From the human T2T-CHM13v2.0 reference genome, Homo sapiens: 64,000 nucleotides of DNA. Below are positions 1 to 13,702 of this stretch, one piece after another. The notes below the pieces were generated by a model that saw only the letters and a list, made by a program, of their open reading frames with translations, was not told the DNA's origin and did not search any database. The DNA lies in the NCBI RefSeq assembly GCF_009914755.1, contig NC_060929.1. One strand, 5' to 3'. The position numbers were made by a program, and so were the translations under genes. Numbering within the stretch: the first letter of the stretch is position 1; each line of letters starts with the position of its first letter.

Positions 1-199
1 TGCTCTCACTCTCATATTCCTAATCATCATTGGTGGCAACTAGCTCATTATTTTTTAGTTTTAGTTTATGTTCCTTGTGTTTTTCTCTGTACAAATAAGC
101 AAATATGTATACATTTCTATTTCCCTTTTCCTTAAATAAAAATTATAGGTGTTAGATGCTCTTTTGCATTTTGCTTTCTAAAAATTCATAAAACAGTAT

Positions 200-870
200 A
201 CCACAAGTTATTCTATATCAGAATAGAGGTCTTCCTTATTCTTTTTAAGCTGTATAGTACTACATTGGATGAACAGTCTCTAATTTGCTCAACTTCTCTC
301 CTACATAAAGGCATTTAGGTTATTTCCAATATGTTGCAATTACAAAAAAATGCTGTAGTAAACAACTTTATGCGTGCATTTTTTTTTGAATTGTTGAATG
401 AAAATCTTCAGAATAAATTCCTAGAAAAGGTGTCTGCATTGAAAGGTAAATGTCTAAATACTTTTACTAGATACTGCCAAATTCCCTCTCCAAAGGCTGT
501 ACCAATTGGCATGTTTGAGGTTGTCAGTATGAGAGTGCCAGATTACATATAACCTCGCCAACAAATGTGTTGCCATACTTTTTAGTTTTTTCCAATCTGA
601 GAGATGAAAAATATATTTCTGTAGTTTCAATTTGCACTTCTATATTATCAGTGAGGCTGAATAACTTTTCAAATACTTAAGGGTCAATTTTATATCTCTT
701 TTTGTAAATTGTTCATATCTTTTCTACCAAGCTTTTGGTGTTTCTTCTCAATTTTAATAGTTCTTTATACATTAGGGATACTAGCCCTTTATTTGGCTGT
801 ATATTGCAAATAATTTTTTTCAGTTGTCTGTTACCTTCTTATTTATCAGTTTTTAATGATCCTTTAATTC
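200..870 (-). mobile_element. Ancient L1M (L1ME/L1MC-like) 3' fragment
   Basis: Antisense L1M 3'-region motifs (gcatttaggttatttccaat...aatgctgtagtaaaca; ctgtaccaatt...cagtatgagagtgcca); boundaries approximate. Confidence 0.55.
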
Positions 871-1199
871 TCACGTATAAAATATACTACCAAGAGCTTA
901 TTTCTCTTTCCTATTTACCTTTACCTCTCTTTTATCCTCTCTCTTTTGTTTGCATCATTACACTGTCAGAACATGTAATATTTCTACATTATACTTATAT
1001 CTTTGTACCCATATTTCTTTTAATCTCATATCTATGATAAAATCTAGTAGATGTTTACCATATACCCCATTTCTGAAGTTTTCCCAGTTGTCCCTTTATT
1101 TAGAAAAAAAACCATCCCTAGTAGACTTTACCTATTGTTCTAAGATCTGAATAAAGAATCCCCAATGCAAAATTTCTTCCTAGTTCCACACTCCCCACT

Positions 1200-2120
1200 C
1201 TGCACAGTTGCTCTATTGCTGTCTTACTTTGTATGTTGTTTTGGAGAAGTCTGACTCCAGTCTATGTTTTCCTCCTTGTAAATCATTTAATATTTTTGGT
1301 AGGAGGGCTTAAGAAAATTATTTTTTAGATTTCAAAATCTAATAGTTTTACTAGGATGTGCCTCAAAGTTCACCATTCCAGGTTGATTTTTCCAGCTACC
1401 CACTGAGCTCTTACTATATGCACATACAGGTCTTCATTTATTTCTGGAAAGTGTTCTCGAATTAAAGTTTTAAATATTAGCCCTGTTCTATTGTTTTCTT
1501 TTTCTGCTTCAGGGACTATAGTTTTTTTTATTATTATTATTTCGATAGTTTTTGGGGGACTGGTGGTTTTTGGTTACATGGATAAGTTCTTTAGTGATGA
1601 TTTCTGACATGCTAGTGTACCCACAAAGACTATAATTAATATGTCTTCTTCTTTGCCTGTCTTCCATTTCAGCCACTTCTTTTCTGTTCCATTTTACTTT
1701 TCTGTGTGTCACTTTTCAATATCTTTTATGTTTTCCTACTTCAATATACCATAAAATTTTCATTTCAGTCTGTCCTCCCTTAGGCACTCTTTAATTTAGT
1801 CTTCATATTTATGATAATTTTCTCCTTTTCCTAATTTCTTTCCTGAGTTTAGTCAATCTCTTTTGATTTCTATAGCTTTTTGTCCACTTTGCCTTTAATG
1901 TTTTCATATCAACAAATGCTTAAGAATTCTAAATCAAGTTTGGAGCTTTTTATTACATTTTTCTTCTGCTCCGTGATGCTTTCTGAAGACAAATTTTTAT
2001 CGGATGAAAATTTTGATTTTGATTTTGTTATAGTAGATAGCAGATTTGTATAGATTTATTCACTTTTGTCTAATCCATTTCGTAGATGTGTGGTGGCTTA
2101 CAAAATTTTTAGTTCAATGG
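1200..2120 (-). mobile_element. Degenerate L1M/HAL1-like ORF1-region fragment
   Basis: T-rich antisense sequence with L1 ORF1-type motifs (gagaagtctga, tttctggaaagtgttctc); highly diverged. Confidence 0.35.
1521..1625 (-). mobile_element. Short L1PB-type 3' end (~105 bp)
   Basis: gtttttggttacatggataagttctttagtgatgatttctga matches the L1PB 3' end; tail on the left; gactata repeated at 1514-1520 and 1628-1634 (probable TSD). Confidence 0.7.
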
Positions 2121-3289
2121 TGCCCTCTTCTGTCAGCGTAGCAGAGTCTAGTTTCTTTAATGGATATTTTGGGGATGGGGGAAGGGCCCAGGAAGGTGGG
2201 ATTTTTTTTTTTTATGTGGAAATACCATATCACTAAGTAAAGTATTTCTATGTTTATTATTTTTACATAGGTTTTCATTCTATGACTGCATCTTAATGAA
2301 TTTATTCCGTCCCTAATGATGAAAATCTAAATCGAACACATTGTCAAATTAATCTCCATAGAAACTGTACTAATATATACTCCTACTAGCAATGTGTAAA
2401 AAGGTCTACTTCCTCACAGCCTCTGATATGCTATATTGGCTAACATATCTAACATTTTACTCCACAATTTTACAGGCCTGTGAAAAATGGCATTAGAGTA
2501 GTTTTATTTTATATTCATATTATGAGTGAGTTGAGCATTTTTCGTATGTTTAGGGACCATTTTCCTAAATGGTTCTGTATTTTCACATCCTCTACCCTAA
2601 TCTGGTACATTTCTAAATAACTCTTTGAACCTTGAATAGTTTCTGTAATGAACACAGTGCTGGCCCTTGTCTACAAAAGCTGCATTTTAAGAAGTAGAAC
2701 AATTAGACAAGACTGAACACCTGACCTAGAGGAAGAAAAATCATAGGCTGAACTGATCCAAGCAGATTTCCCTTACCCTTAAATTTGAACTAATCCAAAA
2801 CTGAGTCACTTAAGCTCATAAGTTCATAAGCTCTTAAGATAAAATATCCTGTAGATTTGGGATTTCAGTTTCCATTGGAGCTAGGACCACCGTAAGCCAA
2901 AGTAATCAGCTGGCTGAAGCTACGAGTAAAATGGGAAACAGAATGCTGATTGGCAAGCAGGAAAAAATGGGAAGGACACTCAGTGAAAAACAGAAATCAG
3001 AGATGGTATGACTCTGGAAGACGTGAGGAAGAGGCTTAGCTTGCTTCAGTGTGATGGGAATTTCTTTTTATTGTCTTTGATATTGCCTGTTGTAGCCTTT
3101 TTTAAAAAAAATTACTTTTTTCTTTGAATTAGTTTGTGTGAATTATTTTTTCCTTGATTAGAATGCCTTTCTTATGGAAAACACTAGTTTTGCTCTCTGT
3201 TGCTTCAGGGGTACAAATAAAGCCAATAGATGAAATATACAACGAATCAAAGTCTAACTTGATTATTCAACTTATGGAATGAATTCTCT

Positions 3290-3445
3290 CAGGAAGGTGA
3301 GTGCTTCCTCTTATTGGAACCATTCCAACACAGACTAGGCAATTACTAGGCAGCAATGTCAGAGAAAGGATACCAGTATCAAACGAGAGATTGAATTAGA
3401 TGCTGTTTAAGCTTTATTTCACAACTGAAATTTTAAGAGTCTATG
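3290..3445 (+). mobile_element. L3/CR1 3'-end relic
   Basis: Resembles the CR1 3' end (tcttattggaaccattccaacacagactagg...gattgaattagatg...gagtctatg). Confidence 0.45.
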
Positions 3446-3629
3446 TATGGTCCTTTTATCTATTCAATGTTTGCTTATTGAATGAATTAAAGACTCTAAA
3501 TCAAAAATACTTTTATTAAAATAAAATATATTTTGCTACTGGAAGGAATAATTCTTCCAAAACATCTAGAAAACAATTTTCTAGCTAGTGAAAAGGAAAT
3601 CAGCCTGTAATATCTGGAACTAGTCTGAC

Positions 3630-4575
3630 ATGTGTGGCTGGGCTTCACTGTTGTTAAGAAGCTGGCCTTGTACTCACAGTTAGGCCATGTTATTTCCCTG
3701 TAGGACATAAACAATTTCACATGACACCAATATCAGAAAAGGTCACTCTGAGACCATGATAAAGTGAGACAAAACAACGTCAGTTTATAATTTTATCTTA
3801 GCATAGACAAAATCAAGGTCATTATGTCCCCCACGAAATACCCAACCTCCCTATCTCCTGGCTAATATGAGTGACTGCTGTTCCTTTACAAAAAAATAGC
3901 TTTATCCTCTTTCTTGTCTGCCCTCTCTGTTCACTGAGATACCCAGTCACGGAATTGTCCCCACTTTTTGAGAGTACCCAATCTAGAGCAAATCTCTGCT
4001 TTCTTGGACCCTCCCAAAAGTCACCCCACCAATGCTCAAATGCTATTATAGGTTCTTTCCAGCACCCTTGTATTGGTCTGCTCAGGCTGCCATATAAAAT
4101 GCCATAGAATGGGTGACTTAAACAGTAGAATTTATTTTCTTACAGTTCTGGAGCCTGGAAGTCTGAGGTCAGGGTGCTACCGTGGTCTGTTTGTGGTGAG
4201 GGGTGACTTCCTGACTTGTAGATGGCTGCTGCCTTCTCGTTGTGTCCACATATGGCAGGGGTGGGAGGAAAAGGAAACTCCCACCATATCTCTTCTTATA
4301 ACGGCACTAATCCCATCATGATGGCCACATCTTCATGACTTCATCCAAGTCTAATTACCTCCCAAAGGCCCCGTCTCTAAATACAATTACATCAAGATCA
4401 GGGCTTCAACATATGAATTTTGGGGGGACACAAATATTCACTCATAACAACACTATTACTGAGATGTCCCACGATTCCATGGGATTTATTCTCTTTCATT
4501 TTATCAAATAATAAATCATCAACTTGTTCAACTAAAAGTGTGTTTCTGGTGTTCCTTAACCAAAGAGCATTTTCA
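3630..4575 (+). mobile_element. ERVL-type solo LTR (MER77-like), interrupted by an MLT1A
   Basis: aaacaatttcac...atcagaaaaggtcactctgagaccatgat motif; sequence resumes after the MLT insert with AATAAA and ends in ...ttttca. Confidence 0.45.
4069..4449 (-). mobile_element. MaLR solo LTR, MLT1A/A0-like
   Basis: tgtattggtctgctcaggctgcc...ggggacacaaatattcactcataaca, 381 bp; 5-bp TSD accct/acact. Confidence 0.8.
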
Positions 4576-5637
4576 TTAGAAAATGCTGCCTTTTGCAAAA
4601 GTTACTGCCATGTTGTTTCATTAAGTTTAGAACACTGGGCAGGTGGAAAGTGTTTAACAGATAGTAGGTATTCCTTGAAAGAAAATTAAACGAGGGTGTT
4701 GAGAAAATTGCTTAAACTGTACTGCTAAGAACAAAGCCCTGATATTTGCTTTTTATCTGCTTTTCTCCATTCATATCACACTACAAACAAGATGGGTTTT
4801 TGGAGGATGAAGTTGTCATTTAATGAATAAAACTGACTATTTAATGTGACTGCAAATTGTATCAACAGATTCAAGCTGGTAGCGGCTTAGTTCATACTGA
4901 CATCATTCAATCTGCTAATATTTGTCCAGAATACTTAGGTTAATACACTCTCTGTGGTTCTGCATTTAGGGACTATTATATCATTTAAATATATTAATAG
5001 TTCTCCAAATGTCCTCAGGCAATGATAGTGGAATGCAAAATTCTCAATCTGATGCAAGCATAATTTACGGATTTTCCTTAATACTCATCTTTTTTACCAT
5101 GGGTTTATATCAAAATACTAACAGAATAATCTCAGGCAGGCGGAGTAAATATAGTCAGGCCACAAACATTCCTTTCAGCCAAAGGTGCCAAAATTTCCAA
5201 AGTATGCCCTCTCCCCTTGGGCAGATAGCATCCTCAGTCTTCAGACACAACTGTCTAAAAACTGACCCCCTATAAGATTCATTCAAAATTGCATAATAAC
5301 TTTTAGGCCCAGAGCTTCTAACAACAAGTGAAATCCAAGACGCAAAGAATTTAAATTACTTTGTACTGGTTAACTGAAAAAAAGCTGGCTTACTTACACG
5401 TGAAACAGATACCACACCTACGGTTCAGTTTTAATGGAACTAGAGCTCCTGGTGCTTTATACATCTTTCTCTTTTAATCAGTAATGTTGTAAATTACATA
5501 AACATCTTTCACAGCTTAAGGCTTAAAGCCTTTTATCTAAATGTAAACACTGGGCTAGGTGGGTAGAACCCCCCACCTAGCAGAATACCACAAATACAGA
5601 AAGTGCTTCTAGATAATACAGGGGAGGGGTACCTTAT

Positions 5638-5778
5638 CAGGGCTACTCACACTTAAATATGCATAGGAATCACATGATCTTGTGAAAATGCACATTCAGT
5701 GGGTCTGTGGTGGTATTTGATAGTCTGTATTTCCAACAAGCTCCCAGGAGCTGCCCATGTTCATGCTGCTGGCCCATA
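5638..5778. mobile_element. MER5A-like hAT-Charlie MITE
   Basis: gaatcacatgatcttgtgaaaatgcacattc...tatttccaacaagctcccagg...gctgctggccc. Confidence 0.6.
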
Positions 5779-7002
5779 ATTAATTATTATTCTTTCTTTG
5801 ATAGGAAAGCTACAAGTCTGCTATTTTGTAGAAATAAAAATATCCCTTTGAGATTTCCTTCCTGCTTTCTCTTTTTCATCTACTCCATTCCCTGGGTAAG
5901 TTCATTCATATAGTATAAAACACAGTTTAGGTAACCGAAACAATCGTACCTCCTAGAATGTGTCAAATGTTAAACAAACAAAAACCAACCAAAACCAGTA
6001 CACTTTGCATGACAAGCAAAGTCAAATGCTTCTCATTAATTTCCTCTGATCATCACTAAAATTAAAAACAACTTGTCTGATGTTTAAAATTTAGACACAA
6101 ACTTACTACAAAAGGAAAAAGAATCTTACAAATATTGTAGAACAAAACGATTACTAAATTGTGTTCAACTTAACTCTGCCATTATTATATAATTATTATA
6201 TATTATTACTACCTTCTGTAACAATTACTAATGCTATTTTTTCCCTTTATCACAAAGAAAAATCAAAAAGAAATTATGATCATTTGTTGCACACGTTAAA
6301 AAGTCCTTTCACAATAATCGTCATTCTTCAGGCAGGAACAGTTAATATTTGTGCTCATTCTTCAACCCAATTAAAGCCCTGAAATCAATAATGGGTTGAT
6401 TATTAGGGAAAAAGACAAAGAAGTATCCATGGCTACATGGGATTCAAAACCTAAATATATGAAGCCTGTACAATGAACTGAAATTATTAAAATTCAATTA
6501 TGCCAAACAATTGGTTTAATTAATCCTTATTCTCCTTGAATTGATTTAATATGGAAAGTTATGATCTATTTTAATATAGTCCTTCTAAAATGGAATTTGA
6601 CCATTTCATCTAAGGTGTCTAATACTTTAATATACAGTTCTTCAATTATGCCTTTGTAATCTTCTTTATTTCTCTAGGGTTAGTAGTTTTGTCCCCCTTT
6701 TCATTTCTGATTCTAGTCATTTGAGTCCTTTTTTTGTTCTTGGTTAGTTGAGCTAAAGGTTTGTCAATTTCATTAGTCATTTCAGGGAACCAGCTTTTGG
6801 TTTCATTATTTTTCTCTGTTTTTCTATTCTACATCTCATTAATTTCCTTTCTAATATTTATTTCCTTGCTTCTGCTAGTTTTAGGTTTAGTTTACTCTCC
6901 TTTTCCCAATGTCAATACAGAAGGGTAGGATATATTTTAATATAGTCATTTGTAGTATAAATTTACCTCTAAGTACTGCTTTTACTCTATCATGTAATAT
7001 TC

Positions 7003-7312
<310 letters not shown>

Positions 7313-7787
7313 TTTTTGTATTCACCTAAAATTATATCAAAGTGTATCTTTTGATATCTTCATTGAAACTGGTGTGTCACTTAATTTCCACATATTTGGG
7401 AGTTCCCCATATTTCTTTGTTTTTAATACCTAATTTCATTCCTTTGTGGTCAGAAAACATACTTTGTATTATTTTTTATCTTTTTAAATTTATTGAGCTT
7501 TATTTTATGGCTTAGTATATGTTCTATTTTGAATAATGTTTTATGTGCACTTGAGCAAAATGTAGTCTGCTGTTGTTGAGTGTTATCTATAGATATGCAT
7601 TAGGTCTAGCATTGTTAAAATCTTCTAGATCTGTGTTGACCCTCTGCCTAGTGGTTCTAGCCATTACTAAAAGTAGAATATTGAAGTTTCCAACTGTGTT
7701 GTTGAATTGTCTATTTCTTATTTCATTTTTGTCAGTATTTGCTTCATGTATTTTAGTTTTCTGCTATTAGCTGCACATATGTATACA

Positions 7788-8129
7788 CCAGTTGAGTATC
7801 CTTTAATCCAAAATGCTTGGGATCAGAAGTGTTTCAGATTTTGGAATATTTACATATACATAATGAGATATCTTGAGACTGAGATCCAAGTCTAAACACA
7901 AAATCGTTTATGTCTCATATACGCCTTATACATATAGACCAAAGGTAATTTTACACAATATTTTAAATAATTTTGTACATGAAACAACATTTTGACAATG
8001 TTTTGATTATGGCCTATCACATGAGGTCAGGTGTGGAATTTTCCACTCATGGCATTATGTTGGCCCAAAAGATTTTGCATTTTGGAATATTTCAAATTTC
8101 AAATTTTTGGAATAGAGATGCTTAACCTG
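7788..8129. mobile_element. Tigger4 (MER46/Zombi)-type TcMar MITE
   Basis: Terminal inverted repeats cagttgagtatcc...gatgcttaacctg; internal aaaatgcttgggatcagaagtgtttcagatttt. Confidence 0.75.
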
Positions 8130-9807
8130 GAATTGCCATATCTTTCTGACAGATGGATCCTTTCATCATTAGAAAAGGCCTCTCTTTATCACAACTAAAG
8201 TCATTTTGTCTGATATTAGTACAGAATCTCCAACTTTCTTGTAGTTCTGTTTACATATCTTTTTTCATCCGTTTATTTCCGATTTGTTTGTATCCATAGT
8301 GTGTCACCTTTAGATAGCACACAGTCAGATCTTGTCTTTTAATCTAGTCTGAGAAACTCTGCCCTTTGTTGAAATCTTTAATCCATGTTATATTCAATGT
8401 TATAATTGATGTAGATTAAAATCTGCCATTTAACTTTTTGCTTTCTATATGCCTCGTGTATTTTTGTTCCTCTATTCTTTTTTACTGCTTTCTTTTGTAT
8501 TAAGTGAATATTTTCAAAAGTAGCAGTTCAATTTTTAAAAGTATTTTTTGGTATATTTTTTGTTATTTCCTTAATTCTTGCTCTAAGGCTTACTATATAC
8601 ATCTTATCAGAAATAGCTTCATATTTATCCTAACTTAATTCCAGTGTGATATAGAAACAATACTCCTATATAGCTCTATTCTCTTTTCCCTCTTATGTGG
8701 CATTATTGTTATACATATTATATCCATAAATTTTAAAAACCTGACTATTTTTGGTTATAGTTATTGTTTTAATTATTACTATAAAAGACTTTTTAAAAAA
8801 AGAGACTCCAAGAAAGGAGAGCAAATATGTATTTATAGGTATTGTTATATTAATGTTCATATTTTTATTTGGTTCTTTTTCTTTATTCCTATGGGTTCAA
8901 ATTACCATTTGGAGTCATTTTCTTAGCCCAATATGGCTTTGCTGCCATTCATATCCTTTGTATTATTATTGGCAGATAGATTAGATTTCTATGTGCTATA
9001 GCTCAGTATGTTTATATTTTATATACATATTGGTTTTTATACTCAGTATTACATAGGTTTAAAAAGGAGAAGAAATATACACTTATACTTTTATGTCTTT
9101 TATAATTACATAATTACTTTTACTGGTGCTATTTATTTATTTATTTACATTATTGTCTAGGGCCACTTGCTTTCAGGCTGAAGGAATTTAGTATTTTTTG
9201 TAGTGGTTGTCCGCTGGCAACGCATTTGCACAGTTTTTGCTTATCTGGGAATGTCTTTTTTTGCCTTCATGTTTGAATAACAGCTTTGCTAGGTATAGAA
9301 TTCTTCGTTGACAGTTCTTTTTTCTTTATTTTTGTTTCGTTTTGTTTTTCTTTCAGCACTTCAAAAATGTTAACATACTGCCTTCTGGCCAACAACTGTT
9401 TCCAATAAGAAGTGAGTGTTAATCTTATTGGGGTTCTACTGTAAATAATGAATTGTTTTTCTCTTGAAGCTTTCAAGATTTTCCCCTATCTTTGGCTTTC
9501 AGAATATTTATTGTGATGTGTCTATTTGTGGATCTCTTTGCATTTACTGTATTTGAAGTTTGCTGAGCTTCCTGGATGCATTTTTCAATAAATTTTGGAA
9601 ATTTCCAGCCATTATTTCCTTCAATAATTTTTTTTGTTTTCTTTTTTTCGCCCTCTCTCTAACACTCTCATTATGCTTAACAGTGTCCCACATTTTCCAG
9701 AGGCTCTATTCTTTTATCTTTATTCTTTTTTTTCTCTCTGCTCTTCAGATTGCATAATACGTATTGTTCTATCTTCAAGCTAACTAATCATTTTTTCTGA
9801 CACCTCA

Positions 9808-9844
9808 AATCTACTGTGATTCCACTGTGAATCCACTGTGAATC
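9808..9844. repeat. 11-bp tandem repeat (~3.3 copies of aatccactgtg)
   Basis: aatctactgtg attccactgtg aatccactgtg aatc. Confidence 0.7.
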
Positions 9845-10809
9845 TGTCACCCTTCTAGTAAATTTTTCATTTCAATTATTGTACTTTTTAACCCGAGTTT
9901 CTAACTGGTTGTTTTAAAAAAATTGTTTTACTTTATTGATTTTATTGATGGACTTTATTTCATTTGATATTGTCATCATATCTCCTTTGTTTCTTAATCC
10001 CAGCTTCCTTTAGTTCTTTGAACATATTTATAATGGCTACTTTGAAGTTACTGTCTGTTTAATCTCGCATCAGGTTGCTCTCACTGACCATTTCTGTTGC
10101 ATTTTTTCTGGTGTATGGGTCATACTTTCCTGTTTCTTTGCATGCATATTTTTTTTTGTTTGAAACTGGATATTTTAGATAATATATTGTAGCAACTCAG
10201 GGTATTCCTTCTGGGGCTTGTTATGGCTGGTTGCTTGTTTAGCTGTTTAGAGACGACCTAGATTATTTTAGCTAATCCACTAAAATAATCTATCCACTCC
10301 TACAGAGTGTGAAGCCTCTGATGTTGCTCCTCAGGGCATGCATTCTTGCTTATGCTCACAGTCACCCTGGGATGACAATAATTTTGGCAGGGCTCTCTTT
10401 GTCTTTTTCCCTGACCATATTCAGCTGTTAAGTTCCACTAATTGAGGGCTGATTGCTCTATTTTTTCAACAATGCCCTGAGGTATAAATTGGTTCACAGA
10501 CTAATCCATTTAAATTCAGGCTCATTTTAAGGGATAGTTCCTCAGTGTTTTAGATTTGTTCTGACCCAAAAAAGGCTATTCTCAGGTATCTCTTTCCTTA
10601 GTTTTCCCCAGAGAACTAGTTAGCCTACAATTTATTCTATATCTCCAGTGAGCCCATCCATCTCCTCCCAACTGCCTTTCACCACTGCTTTTGAGTGTTC
10701 TTAGGTTTGAACTTTTCCATCTTTCCTTGCAAATGAAGTCAGTTCCTTTGGGTAGGAGCTGGAGTTACATATTCCACCTGCTTTCTCCTCCCTTCCCTAG
10801 GAAAGAATC

Positions 10810-11090
10810 TTTTTTTATTATTATTATACTTTAAGTTTTTGGGTACATGTGCACAACATGCAGGTTAGTTACATATGTATACATGTGCCATGTTGGTGTG
10901 CTGCACCCATTAACTCGTCATCCAATATTAGGTATATCTCCCAATGCTATCCCTCCCCCACAACAGGCCCCCATGTGTGATGTTCCCCTTCCTGTGTCCA
11001 TGTGATCTCATTGTTCAATTCCCACCTATGAGTGAGAACATGCGGTGTTTGGTTTTTTGTCCTTGCGATAGTTTGCTGAGAATGGTGGAT
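10810..11090 (-). mobile_element. Young primate L1PA 3' end (~280 bp, L1PA3-5-like)
   Basis: ttattatactttaagtttttgggtacatgtgcacaac...caggttagttacatatgtatacatgtgcc; inserted in the old L1M. Confidence 0.9.
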
Positions 11091-11579
11091 CCATGTCTCT
11101 GGTGCTAGGGATAGGAACAATGGGAGCTTCTTTCTGAGTGAAATACCTTCTTGAGAGCTGAACACTCAGTTGATAGAGGGCAACAGTCAAAGGTGTCCTG
11201 GGCTTGTTTCTCTCACTGTGAAACTCTCAGACCATAAGGTAGGTCTGAGAATTACCTAGGCTAATGAAGGCTCCAGTATTCTCAACAGTACCACAACCAA
11301 GGTACAGCCTCGGTCCCATGAGTTGGGGCTGGGCAGAAGAAAGGAGCCTCTAGATCTTAGCTAAATTCACCCACAACTTAGCATCAGCAGTATGTAGGAG
11401 GGGGAAAGAATAAGAAATGATTATATCCTGCCACATCATAAAGTAATCCAGATGCCAAAAAGAAATTTGGCTTTAGTTTAGTGGCATCAATTTTTACAAT
11501 AACTGTAACTTCTCTACTTCACAGTATCATTTATTCTTTCTCCAGAGCATAGCTATTTTCAGAGCTCACATTCATCCCT

Positions 11580-11855
11580 ACGCACTAGAATGGCTAAACC
11601 TGTTGTTAAAATATTTAAATATGTTTGTATAAGTTGGCAAATAGCCGCTATCTGAAGTTTTCCAGGTGATTCACCACCACCCTAGTCTCCCAGGTCCTTC
11701 CCTCAGGATTCTAGTGATCCCCAGTGTCCAATGAATAAAGGTATATTCACAGCACAGGACGTACAGGACTCTGCCTCAGTGCTATAGCTGTGTCTATTTT
11801 GCGTGGTCAGTGTCCACGCTATACAGACTGTTAGATATTTAAATCTCACTTCTGA
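11580..11855. mobile_element. Possible hAT-Tip100 (Arthur1/MER69-like) relic
   Basis: ctgttgttaaaatatttaaata and ctgttagatatttaaatctcacttctg resemble Arthur1 termini. Confidence 0.3.
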
Positions 11856-12169
11856 CTCTATTCTACAGAATTAGAGTGTCCAATTTATAAACAGAAAAAC
11901 TGAAATACTGTCATATAAATCCTTTTCTATTTTCTTAAGTGGTAGGCAAAACTGATCCTTGAAAGCATGATATAGAAGAGGTCATGCACAGATATTTCCT
12001 GGGCACCTATTAATTTCCAGGTACTTTATGCTACTTCTGCCTCCTTACTGGGGACACTACTTATTCAATAGGATTATTTCCTTTGGGCAGCAAAAAAGTG
12101 CTCTTTTTGTGAAATGGGGAAAACCTTACCCACTTCACAGGCTTTAGGGGGATTTGCAATGTATGATAG

Positions 12170-12316
12170 TTATTTGTTTACTTGTCAGTCTTGCCTACTA
12201 GACTGTAAGTCCTTGAAGTCAGCAGTAGTGTCTCAATTATGTGTGTATAACCAGAACCTATCACAGTGGCAGATACATAGCTGATTCATAATAAATAGTT
12301 TGACTGAGCATGAATT
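12170..12316 (+). mobile_element. L2 3' end (preceded by a short MIR fragment)
   Basis: ctagactgtaagtccttgaag...agaacctatcacagtgg...aataaatagtttgactgagcatgaat. Confidence 0.7.
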
Positions 12317-13000
12317 ATTCAATTGATTAATATATCTGAAATGCTCAGCTAGTTATTCTCTTATCCAATTTCTTCTAGAAATAATGTTCTTCTAATAACT
12401 CTTTTAATGACTGATATTACTATCTCTTTTGTGACTGTGTTTAAAGAAGACTTCTGGAGATGCAAAGCTTCAACCTGATACAATCAATTTCAAGCATAAG
12501 ATAGGCTGGTGATAGGAATTTGTTGGAAAGAGAGCCTTTAGAATGCATCACACTTAACCATCTTTTCTACAAAAAGAAGTCCTGGTGATTACATTCTAAT
12601 TAAAAAACTGCACTTTCAAACAACATAATCTTATTCCATTCCTGAATTCATGGGAAAAGGCTTTCTAGTACTATCCAAGATGGAAAAATATAACCTGGGA
12701 ATAATGAATGTTCTATGAGCTTCTCTCAGAATTTATCATAGTTCAAAGAACTGAGGATTGTTCATTTGCTCAGAAACCTTCAACTAAAAGATTTTCTAGA
12801 CACCCTGAGAATCAAATTACGCACAAAATTTTGTTTTGCCTCAAATCACTGTATGCCAGGTCAGACAGGAGATACCTGTCCTCCGAAAGAATAATACTCA
12901 AGCTCTGCCTACTAGTGCAGCCAACCTTATCTATATAGAAAACACTAAAAAAGGTAAGAGAAAGAAAAAGCTAGTCATCTATTTAGAGGAATCACCCATT

Positions 13001-13702
13001 ATTTTTTCTTTTTTTTATTATTATTATACTTTAAGTTTTAGGGTACATGTGCACAACGTGCAGGTTTGTTACATATGTATACATGTGCCCTGTTGGTGTG
13101 CTGCACCCACCAACTCGTCATTTAGCGTTAGGTATATCTCCTAATGCTATCCCTTCCCCCTCCCCCCACCCCACAACAGTCCCCGGTGTGTGATGCTCCC
13201 CTTCCTGTGTCCACGTGTTCTCATTGTTCAATTCCCACCTATGAGTGAGAATATGCAGTGTTTGGTTTTTTGTCCTTGCGATAGTTTGCTGAGAATGATG
13301 GTTTCCAGCTTCATCTATGTCCCTACAAAGGACATGAACTCATCATTTTTTATGGCTGCATAGTATTCCATGGTGTATATGTGCCACATTTTCTTAGTCC
13401 AGTCTATCATTGTGGGACATTTGGGTTGGTTCCAAGTCTTTGCTATTGTGAATAGTGCCACAATAAACATACGTGTGCATGTGTCTTTATAGCAGCATGA
13501 TTTATAATCCTTTGGGTATATACCCAGTAATGGGATGGCTGGGTCAAATGGTATTTCTAGTTCTATATCCCTGAGGAATCGCCACACCAACTTCCACAAT
13601 GGTTGAACTATTTACAGTCCCACAAACAGTGTAAAAGTGTTCCTATTTCTCCACATCCTCTCCAGCACCTGTTGTTTCTTGACTTTTTAATGATCGCCAT
13701 TC
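13001..13702 (-). mobile_element. L1PA 3' fragment (~700 bp, L1PA4/5-like)
   Basis: Near-consensus L1PA 3'UTR and ORF2 C-terminus (ORF 13315-13599: [29 protein letters not shown]...). Confidence 0.93.
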
